Origin: a bacterium
GTDB lineage: Bacteria > B130-G9
Reading direction: 5' to 3'
Assembly: GCA_035527515.1 (NCBI GenBank)
Contig: DATLAJ010000114.1
Coordinates: 7,994 to 71,993, forward strand
Length of the DNA: 64,000 nucleotides
Below are positions 18,821 through 26,249 of this stretch, piece by piece. Below the pieces are notes generated by a model. The model was not told the DNA's origin. It worked only from the letters and a program-made list of their open reading frames with translations, and ran no database searches. The translations under genes were made by a program, and so were the position numbers. How positions within the stretch are numbered: position 1 is the stretch's first letter; the number at the start of each line of letters is the position of its first letter.

Positions 18821-19751
18821 TGCCGCTGCCCTCCTTGAGCTTCGGCGCAAGCCAGCGTAGTAACTTGCGGACGCCCAGCCGGTAGTAGATAACCTTGAGG
18901 AGACGGCAGATGGGGCACTTGCTGTCGGTTGATGGCGGGAAGACTTGCTCCCTGATGCGCCCGTAGTTGCCGCTCTCGCGCTTCAGCACCCAGAACCCAT
19001 GCTTCTCGAGCATGAGCCGAAGCGTGCTGGGCGTGAAGAAGCACAGGTGTGCGGGCACAGCGTCGGGAGCGATTGCCCCAGGCCGCTTGCCGCTCGCTAT
19101 GGCGTTCAGAACCTTCTCCCAGTGGAAGAGTTCGTAGGGAACCTGAACGACGAGAACGCCGTCATCCTTCAGTATGCGGCGGACGACGTTGAAGGCTGAC
19201 TTGTGGTCATCGAGATGCTCGACGACGTCCAGCATCAGTATCACGTCGAAGAACATCTCTGGGAACTGCGCACGCGCGAGCGGGACGTTCTGGACCTCTA
19301 GCTCCATCACTTGCTGCGCATAGCTCGCCGAGGTCTGCGAGAGCTCCACGCCGTAGGTCTCCCATCCGCGCTTTCGAAAGTAGTCGAGAAGGAGCCCATA
19401 GGCGCAGCCGACCTCAAGTATCCGGCCTCCCTTCTTGAACTGGCTGATAGCGCGGAGCCGCTCGTCGAATATCTCCATGAACGTCTCATGGTACTCGTGA
19501 AACGTCTTGAGGTAATCGGGATAGCCAACGGTTGCGTCCTTGTAGTATCTCTCGTCGTAGATTGCGGCAATGCCTTCCTTGGTGGGTCTCGGGCTTAGGT
19601 AAGTCAGGCCACAGACCCGACATCGTACGACGCCGTAAACCTCCTTCTGAACCGAGAGCAGCCGGGCGTCATCGGTGCCGCATAGCGGGCAGCGGACGTG
19701 TTCAACTTCCCGCATCAAGCTCTCGCGGTCCGCGCTCTTATCCTGTCCCAC
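18792..19751 (-). CDS. class I SAM-dependent methyltransferase with N-terminal zinc-ribbon
   Basis: CPLCGTDD...CRVCGL zinc ribbon. SAM-binding motif I ILEVGCAYGLLLD, post I VELS and motif II ILMLDVVEHL. Confidence 0.75.
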   Translation of the reverse strand: MGQDKSADRESLMREVEHVRCPLCGTDDARLLSVQKEVYGVVRCRVCGLTYLSPRPTKEGIAAIYDERYYKDATVGYPDYLKTFHEYHETFMEIFDERLRAISQFKKGGRILEVGCAYGLLLDYFRKRGWETYGVELSQTSASYAQQVMELEVQNVPLARAQFPEMFFDVILMLDVVEHLDDHKSAFNVVRRILKDDGVLVVQVPYELFHWEKVLNAIASGKRPGAIAPDAVPAHLCFFTPSTLRLMLEKHGFWVLKRESGNYGRIREQVFPPSTDSKCPICRLLKVIYYRLGVRKLLRWLAPKLKEGSGIIFYVRKRS

Positions 19752-21157
19752 GCTCTCACCACGAAAAATGAAGCGAATGCAACCATGTAGGGTTCAATGG
19801 GCAGCCTGTACCGAGGCTCAGCGGTTGTCAACACATGCACCGAGACGAAGAGTAACACGACGGCGATGAGCACCCACTTCTGCCTGGAGAGTCTTGATGA
19901 TCTCCTGAAAGACAGCACGAAACCGACTACGAAAAGCGGCAGAATCAGGCCGTAGGAAAGAAGCCTCGCAACAGTTACTAGCGCCGAGGTGCGCGTGCGG
20001 CCAAGCACCCTGAAAAACTCGATGAAGCGCACCAAACAGAGTCGTGCGTAAAGCCCAGGGTTAGCGAGTATGAACTGCTTGGCGAGGTTGACGTATTTGG
20101 CATTGCGCTGGGCCTCATCCTCGTCCGGCGCAAACCGTGGGAACCGCACCGTCTCGGGACGGTTCACTGAAAACGGTGGCTTGCCGATGAGCCACTCGTA
20201 GGCGCGAGCCTCCTTCTCCTCGTTGTAGAATCGCTCATTGAAGCGATAGTTGTTCCGTTCCCAGAGATTCCAGCTCTTCGTTGGCATGATCACAACGCGT
20301 CCGAATATATCATAGTTCCTGACGACCCAGGGCACGAGGCAGAGGCCGATTGCCACCAGCAAAACCAGCGTCTCCTTGAGCCTGAAATCGCCTCGCCGCG
20401 GCCAGAGAATCGCCACGATGCCGACCGGAAGCATCCCCGCCATAGTCGATTTGGTCAGAAATCCGAGCGTCCAGACCGCGCCTGCAAGCGCGGCAAGCCA
20501 CAACTGGGGCCGTTCCCTGAAGCGAATGATCAAGTTGATGAATGCAGCGAAGAGGAACAGAAACAGCGTCTCGGTGAGCACCACGCCAGAAAAATAGATA
20601 AGCGCCGGATAGACCGCGAGAACCAACAGCGCAAGGAGAGCGGCTCTCTTTCCAAAGATGCCTCTTGCCACGTCGAACACGAGCCAGCAGGTTGCCACGC
20701 CCAGAAGCGCCATGATGAGACGATAGACGAGGAGGTTGCCGGGGCCAAGGAGGTAGTAGGAGAGGGCGAGAATAAGCGGGTTCAGTGGGGGGACGGTAAC
20801 CTGCGGTATCCCCGGACGGACTAGGCCCCAAAGCCCGCCGAGCTCGCGATACAGCTCGAACTTCTTCTTGACCCACTCCGGCTGACCGTCCGGCGGATAT
20901 AGGAGGTCCGCGGATATCGAGAGGCCCCGTCCAGCGAGGAAGCTCCGCGCAAGCGAATCGTGCAGAAGCTGGTCCGGTCCGGGGATGAATTCGTTCGATG
21001 GCAGAGCTATGACGAACCCCACCCTCAGGACCAAGGCGAGAAGCAGCAGCAAGAATTGTCCACGAAGAACACGAAGGGCCACGAAGCGACGCCAACAGCG
21101 CACAGACGAGCTCTTATCAATCAACTTTGAATCTGGAACCTTGAACCTGGAGCTCAT
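19715..21157 (-). CDS. GT-C fold membrane glycosyltransferase (GT39/ArnT/PMT-like)
   Basis: Start refined to ATG 21157 (MSSRFKVPD...), overlapping the upstream radical SAM stop by 4 nt (ATGA). It has more than 10 predicted TM helices and an ArnT/PMT-like N-terminal region with a periplasmic loop (ArnT/PMT-like DE-like acidic loop). Confidence 0.65.
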   Translation of the reverse strand: MSSRFKVPDSKLIDKSSSVRCWRRFVALRVLRGQFLLLLLALVLRVGFVIALPSNEFIPGPDQLLHDSLARSFLAGRGLSISADLLYPPDGQPEWVKKKFELYRELGGLWGLVRPGIPQVTVPPLNPLILALSYYLLGPGNLLVYRLIMALLGVATCWLVFDVARGIFGKRAALLALLVLAVYPALIYFSGVVLTETLFLFLFAAFINLIIRFRERPQLWLAALAGAVWTLGFLTKSTMAGMLPVGIVAILWPRRGDFRLKETLVLLVAIGLCLVPWVVRNYDIFGRVVIMPTKSWNLWERNNYRFNERFYNEEKEARAYEWLIGKPPFSVNRPETVRFPRFAPDEDEAQRNAKYVNLAKQFILANPGLYARLCLVRFIEFFRVLGRTRTSALVTVARLLSYGLILPLFVVGFVLSFRRSSRLSRQKWVLIAVVLLFVSVHVLTTAEPRYRLPIEPYMVAFASFFVVRAWDRIRARTARA

Positions 21158-22197
21158 CTTATGAATGACAGTATCCGTTCTAGCAGCACTCGGCTGTCTC
21201 GCACAAGATATGACGTATCCCGCCAGCACCCATAAATGCAGCCCCGGCACGGCCTGACAAGCTCGGCAACCTTTCGGCTGTATTCCTTGGAACCGAAGAA
21301 CGTCAAAAAATCGTCGTCGAGCACGTTACAGAATGGCTCAATCTCATCGCACGGCGAGAGCGACCCGTCCGGAAAGACCACGAAGTAGAGCCATCCAGCG
21401 TCGCACGCGAAGCTATAGTCCCCCGTCTTTAACGCCTCTCTTGAAGCCTCGAGGAACTTCATTGAGGCGCCCACGCGCTTGCCTCGCCGCTTCATCTCGA
21501 TCACCGCGTCGTACGCCTCATCGATGAGTGGGGCGTCATCCCGCCCGAAGGTCATCTCCTCGGCATAGCTGCGGATGAGGTTCTCCTGCTTGTCTGACGG
21601 GAGCAGATGCACTGGCACAAGGCTCGAATACGCGCCAAGCCCATCGACAAACTCGACGATCTGAGGCAGCTCTTTGATATTCTGCCTCGAGACGACAGTG
21701 TTGACGACGTTGACCGAGTTGGGCAGCCGCTTGACGACGTGCCTGATGGTGCTCACGGCGGAATCCCACAGGCCGTTGGAGCCACATATTTCGTCCTGCT
21801 TTGCAGCGTCGAGCGTGTCGAGTGAGACGGTAAAATGCTCTGCGCCAGCATCTATCACGGCATCGATCCGCGCAGGCGTTACGGTCTTGGCTCCCGTCGT
21901 CTGGACGCGAACCGCGATGCCCGCCTCAGTGAACGCCCTCGTAATCTGGGGCAACTCCTCGCGCACGAAGGGCTCGCCACCGGTGAAGACGACGTTCGGC
22001 ACACCGATTCTGCGCAAGCGGCTTGCGATCTTGGCGACGCTCTCGACCGGCGGCTCCTCGGCCACGTTGCCGTATTTCCATATTGAGCACATCTTGCACT
22101 TGAAGAGGCACCGGCGTGTTATGTAGTAGTGCACGTAGAACGGCTTGTGCAGCAGTTTTGACTTGAGAACGTCAGAGAATATCTTGAGTTTTCGCAT
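21154..22197 (-). CDS. radical SAM / SPASM-domain protein
   Basis: CxxxCxxC site RRCLFKCKMCSIW and the glycine-rich FTGGEPF. The C-terminal Cys-rich SPASM-like region is CDAGWLYFVVFPDGSLSPCDEI...CRGCIYGCW. Confidence 0.8.
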   Translation of the reverse strand: MRKLKIFSDVLKSKLLHKPFYVHYYITRRCLFKCKMCSIWKYGNVAEEPPVESVAKIASRLRRIGVPNVVFTGGEPFVREELPQITRAFTEAGIAVRVQTTGAKTVTPARIDAVIDAGAEHFTVSLDTLDAAKQDEICGSNGLWDSAVSTIRHVVKRLPNSVNVVNTVVSRQNIKELPQIVEFVDGLGAYSSLVPVHLLPSDKQENLIRSYAEEMTFGRDDAPLIDEAYDAVIEMKRRGKRVGASMKFLEASREALKTGDYSFACDAGWLYFVVFPDGSLSPCDEIEPFCNVLDDDFLTFFGSKEYSRKVAELVRPCRGCIYGCWRDTSYLVRDSRVLLERILSFIR

Positions 22198-22288
22198 GTC
22201 CCGGCTCTATGGCTTTCGACTAAAATCAGTTAGCAGCCTTAATCTATAGCCCCGGCTGGGCATGGTCAATGGGGATGAGAGAGAGAGG

Positions 22289-22397
22289 CCACATCATCGC
22301 CCGGCGCAAGCGGTGGCGATGCAGCCGGCTACCATTTTGATTAACCCCCATCTTCAGATGGGGGATGTGCGGCACACAAAGACCTCGCCTCTATCCC
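22289..22397. repeat. repeat family X copy X2: two-hairpin element
   Basis: Hairpin 1 is CATCGCCCGGC-gcaa-GCGGtGGCGATG (GNRA loop). Hairpin 2 is CCCCCATC-ttca-GATGGGGG, followed by gtgcggcacac. About 90% identical to 22740-22828. Confidence 0.55.
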
Positions 22398-22627
22398 ATT
22401 CAGATGAGGATTCCGGGAAGGAAGGAGAGGGAGGGGGGCGCCTCGGCCTCCTCAGATCACCCGACTGAAGTCGGGTGCTAATACAATGAGAGCCATCTGT
22501 ATCACCGCGTTAAAACGCAGTGATTAGGCCAGCGGGAGGTGTGGGGCGGGCTTTCTAGCCTGCCTTTCCTTCGCGGAGGTCACGCTGGCTAGCTCATCCA
22601 CCCGGAGTAAGCGGCATGTGAGGGCTA

Positions 22628-22828
22628 CCTCATCGCCCGGCGCAACCGACACTTGAGGCCACATCGCCCGGCGCAACCGACACGCGCGAGCACATCATCG
22701 CCCGGCGCAACCGACACTTGAGGCCACATCGCCCGGCTTCAGCCGAGGCGATGCAGACGGTTACCATTTTCATTAACCCCCATCTTCAGATGGGGGATGT
22801 GCGGCACACCGAGACCTCCCCTCTATCC
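22628..22828. repeat. repeat family X copy X3 with 3.5 tandem ~32-bp sub-repeats (atcgcccggcgcaaccgacac + 10-13 nt) followed by the two-hairpin element
   Basis: The unit catcgcccggcgcaaccgacacttgaggcca recurs at 22630, 22661, 22694 and 22727. Then catcgcccggcttcagccgaggcgatg and cccccatcttcagatggggg are read directly. Confidence 0.55.
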
Positions 22829-22845
22829 TCTTCAATGGACCTCGA

Positions 22846-23199
22846 TCATACAGGCACCCCCTCGCGCCGCAGGTTCAAGAGGATTGGGCTATTCAGCGAT
22901 GAATAATTGTCCTCAGAAACAGGATAGACCGACATCAAGACGTTGTGCTCAAGATTCAGATCGGCAACAATATCTATCATCCTGTCGATCTCATCGAGCG
23001 GGCTAACCTCGCCTCTTGAAACAACTGCCAAGTCGATGTCGGAGACCCCGGTCGCATCGCGCCCACGCGGCTGCTGCCACATAAGAATGGACGGGCGGAG
23101 ACAGGCCCCGCAAGCCACCCAGTGACGCGGCCACGAATGAACATCAACGGACGCGCTGCAACCCCCGCAAGGGGGTACGACGGGTAGCCGTGCGTGCAA
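22846..23199 (-). pseudogene. nucleotidyltransferase (MNT/KNTase-type, toxin-antitoxin-like) remnant lacking the normal N-terminal helix
   Basis: RGRDATGVSDIDLAVV...LDEIDRMIDIVADL...ILLNLRREGVPV matches the minimal NTase signature (GS.ARG....SDIDL.V). The preceding in-frame 37 residues (MHARLPVVPPCGGCSAS...) are unlike any NTase N-terminus. No HEPN partner follows; repeat X3 lies there instead. Confidence 0.45.
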
Positions 23200-23447
23200 C
23201 GCAACGGAAACGGAGAGGAGGGATTGGGTCCTCGGTCTCCTCGCACCGTCAGGCTGCGCCTGCGGCTACCAGTGGTATGCTCTTGCGGGCAAATGTTATT
23301 CGCCGTTATTTAGGGGCTGCCTGAACACGCCCAGCGGAGATGTCATTCTCGCGTGCGATCGCGACTTGCGTTTCTGCCTCATCGGTGGCAACAATGCCAG
23401 AGTATAGATTGATTTGGAGATGAGCACTTCTGCGGGAGGGTGTTTCG

Positions 23448-24476
23448 GTGAAGAAGTCATTTTTTATGCTGCTGATCTTGCTGCTGTGTATTGCGTCGGT
23501 CGTGGTGGGGATAATGCTCTTGCGAAAGGAGAGCGCTCGTCCCCGGATGAGCGCGCTAGACCGTCTGGCAAGCACATTTGAGAGGAGATTTGCCAAGTTT
23601 GAGCCCAGAAGAGGGCCGAGCGTGGGCCTTGTCCGCATCTTTGGCGCGATAACGTTCACGGAGTCTCAGGGCATGTTCGAGGCCTACCCACGAGGCGCGC
23701 TGCGGACTATCCGTGCGATTAGACAGCTCAGGGAAAACCCCAGCGTGAAGGCGATCGTAATCGAGATCAATAGCCCCGGCGGGACGGTGGGAAGCGTTCA
23801 AGAGATATGCCACGAGATAAAGATGGCTCAGAAGGCGGGCAAGAAGGTGATCGCTTCCGTCGCCGACATGGCTTTCTCGGGCGGCTACTACATCGCGTCG
23901 GCCTGCGACAAGATCGTGGCCAACCCTGGCTCGTTGACGGGCAGCATCGGCGTGATCATCGTCGGGGCGGACTTGCAGAAGCTGTTCGACATCATCGGTA
24001 TCAAGTTCAACGTGCTCAAGAGCGGAGAGCATAAGGACATACTTGCCTACTGGCGAGACATGACTGACGAGGAGCGTAATCTGCTCCAGACGCTTGTCAT
24101 GGACTGCTACCAGCAGTTCGTAACCGCTGTCTCGGAGGGCCGAAACATCCCGATAGAGAAGCTGCTGCCGCTTGCTGACGGGCGCATCTTCTCGGGCACG
24201 CAGGCGCTTGACAATCAGCTTATCGACAGCCTCGGCACGCTCGATGACGCGATCAACCTCGCCGCCGAGCTCGCTGAGATCAAGGGCAAGCCAAGTATCA
24301 TTAGGCCCACGATCGAGCCATTTGAGCGGTTCTTCAAGTTTATCGACGCCAAGTTCGGAAAGACCCCATCGCTCAAGGACATGGTGATGGGCGAGTGCGA
24401 CTCTCCGATACAGTATCGGGCCAACATCGGCTCTGCCCAGGCGGCATTTGCCTATCCGACTAATAGCCAACAGTAG
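23448..24476 (+). CDS. sppA: signal peptide peptidase SppA (S49, 36K type)
   Basis: N-terminal TM helix, AIVIEINSPGGTVGS, the catalytic Ser block VADMAFSGGYYIA, and the Lys region KSGEHKD. Confidence 0.85.
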   Translation: MKKSFFMLLILLLCIASVVVGIMLLRKESARPRMSALDRLASTFERRFAKFEPRRGPSVGLVRIFGAITFTESQGMFEAYPRGALRTIRAIRQLRENPSVKAIVIEINSPGGTVGSVQEICHEIKMAQKAGKKVIASVADMAFSGGYYIASACDKIVANPGSLTGSIGVIIVGADLQKLFDIIGIKFNVLKSGEHKDILAYWRDMTDEERNLLQTLVMDCYQQFVTAVSEGRNIPIEKLLPLADGRIFSGTQALDNQLIDSLGTLDDAINLAAELAEIKGKPSIIRPTIEPFERFFKFIDAKFGKTPSLKDMVMGECDSPIQYRANIGSAQAAFAYPTNSQQ

Positions 24477-24486
24477 GAGGTATGCG

Positions 24487-25134
24487 ATGCAAAGTGAATT
24501 CGCGCTGCCCTACGATAATATGAGTCCGCTGGAGAAGCCTGAGGGGGCGCTTACGATACTCTACAACCAGCTGGTCTCGCCCAAGAAAGCCGTTCAAGCG
24601 CTCTCCGAGAGAAGGCCCTACTGGCTTGCGTTCTTCGTCATAGTTCTCTCCGTGTTGAGCAGAATGACAGCTGGACTTCTCTCGCCATCCAGTCCCCTTG
24701 TATTCGGCGCTGGCTCGCTGTTTGCGCTGCTCTGCATAGCACAGTTTTTCATTACAGTCATCTTCGCGATCGCAGCCGCGAGCATCTATCATTTCGCCGC
24801 TACAAACGAGTTCAAACTCGGCGACGTCAGGGTGCTCTTCTTGCTGATCGCGGTCTGCTTTCTGCCGGGCATATTCTTCGCCCCGATTACACTTCTGGTT
24901 TATGGACTCCCGTCGGCCGCTGCGACCGCGGTCTGGACATTGTGTGCCATTGGGCTGTGGGTGTGGAGCTTTGTCTTGCAGATAATTGCCGTCAAAAATT
25001 ATTATGAGATTTCTGGCGGAAGGTCGTTCTTTGCCGTTATCTTGCCATTCATCCTGGTGGGAGCTCTGGGAGCCGCGGTATTCGTTCTGATGTTCGCCTA
25101 TTTAGTCGGGACAATTAGAGGGCTTGTAGGGTAG
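24487..25134 (+). CDS. Yip1-family polytopic membrane protein
   Basis: Start refined to ATG 24487, after the sppA stop. The N-terminus ILYNQLVSPKKAVQAL is followed by 5 TM helices, the Yip1/DUF1282 architecture. Confidence 0.5.
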   Translation: MQSEFALPYDNMSPLEKPEGALTILYNQLVSPKKAVQALSERRPYWLAFFVIVLSVLSRMTAGLLSPSSPLVFGAGSLFALLCIAQFFITVIFAIAAASIYHFAATNEFKLGDVRVLFLLIAVCFLPGIFFAPITLLVYGLPSAAATAVWTLCAIGLWVWSFVLQIIAVKNYYEISGGRSFFAVILPFILVGALGAAVFVLMFAYLVGTIRGLVG

Positions 25135-25151
25135 CGGGGTCCCGACGCGCG

Positions 25152-25643
25152 TTGCCCAGTAAAGTCCCTGCGCTCTTCTCAGACAGGCACAGGTGGCTCA
25201 AGATCGGCCTGCCCGGCGCCTTGCTGCTCGCGATGTGCATCTATTCTGCCACCGCCGGCCCAAAGCGCATGCCGAGATTCGCGGACTACCTGAGGGACCC
25301 TTCTCGGTTCGACGGGACAAGCCTCCTAGTTCAGTTCACCCAGATCAAGCGCTACGACGGCCCCAACAGATTCACCGTGCAGGACATCTGGGGCAACAGG
25401 ATCGAGGTTGCTGGAACCATACCGCCCGGGCAGAGCGGCTGTTTCATCTCGTTCGAGGCCCTTTTCAAAAAGCCCGGCTACCTGGTTCTGGGCAAGAAAT
25501 GGCACATCTATAGCTCGGACACCTTGAAGCTCATCGTCTCCGCAGTCGCCCTCGTCGGCGTGGCCCTGTTCTTCCTACGCCGTTTCAGGTTCAATCCGCG
25601 CCGGCTTCGTTTCGAGGAGAGGCGGCAATGCCAGACCTCTTGA
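25152..25643 (+). CDS. hypothetical membrane protein
   Basis: N-terminal and C-terminal hydrophobic helices with no recognisable motif. Tightly packed between neighbours, the next gene overlapping its 3' end by 16 nt. Confidence 0.4.
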   Translation: MPSKVPALFSDRHRWLKIGLPGALLLAMCIYSATAGPKRMPRFADYLRDPSRFDGTSLLVQFTQIKRYDGPNRFTVQDIWGNRIEVAGTIPPGQSGCFISFEALFKKPGYLVLGKKWHIYSSDTLKLIVSAVALVGVALFFLRRFRFNPRRLRFEERRQCQTS

Positions 25644-26089
25644 CCCATGCCCTTGTGGGCTACTTCACGACGCGGCCGAGTCGCTACCGCGAGCTGTTTT
25701 TCGTCGGGCTCATCCTGCCAGACCTGCTCGGCCGGCTGCCTATGGTTTTCTACAAGAAGTCCTATTGGTTCATCAGTCCAGGACACACCCCCATGGGTGT
25801 TGTGCTCGGCGCATATCTGATAACCTTTCTCTTTGAGCCGCCAATCAGAACCACGGTTTTCAGGAACCTCCTAGTCGGCGCCTCGGTCCACATTTTCCTG
25901 GACATGCTTCAGCGGCATCTCACCTCTGCCTACTTCTGGTTTTTCCCGTTTACGTGGAAGACGTTCGAGATTCCTCTTTTTTGGCCTGACAAATCGATAT
26001 ATGCTATCCCCTTCGTTCTGGCGGCCATCGGTGTGGTTTACCTGGTGCGGCGGAAGCTCGCGAAGTCGCGCGCCTCAAAGAGCGGGTAG
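25628..26089 (+). CDS. membrane-bound metal-dependent hydrolase-like protein (DUF457/YdjM-like)
   Basis: MPDLLTHALVGYF start and His-rich TM segments (HIFLDMLQRH) are typical of the family. Confidence 0.5.
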   Translation: MPDLLTHALVGYFTTRPSRYRELFFVGLILPDLLGRLPMVFYKKSYWFISPGHTPMGVVLGAYLITFLFEPPIRTTVFRNLLVGASVHIFLDMLQRHLTSAYFWFFPFTWKTFEIPLFWPDKSIYAIPFVLAAIGVVYLVRRKLAKSRASKSG

Positions 26090-26249
26090 GTAGAATTGGG
26101 CGGCGATACTGCGGTCTTGTCAAAAGATGAGCGCCGGCTTGAAATGCGTTCCCTATTGGGAGAATATGAGTCGCGATAGGTAGGCCATGATCGCGACGGC
26201 ACCTGTCACAACTTGTTCGTGCTGGGGATGCTATGAGCTTTAGGAGGAG

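Noticed and set aside
20310-21095. 261-aa minus-strand ORF
   Set aside because: Alternative frame inside the GT-C membrane glycosyltransferase gene; composition (Arg/Ala/Pro-rich) is typical of off-frame high-GC translation.
22460-22625. SRP RNA / tmRNA / RNase P candidate
   Set aside because: I checked for the conserved cores (SRP domain IV GGAA-tetraloop helix, tmRNA tag ORF and T-arm, RNase P GGAAAGUCCGGGCUCC) and found no convincing match. Retained only as an unassigned structured region.
22628-22736. Possible CRISPR array (regularly spaced ~21-bp repeats)
   Set aside because: The variable linkers between repeats are only 10-13 nt, far shorter than CRISPR spacers, and there are only about 3.5 units. 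The repeat unit is the truncated 5' half of the family-X hairpin, and no cas genes occur in the window. It is better described as a short tandem/iteron-like array.
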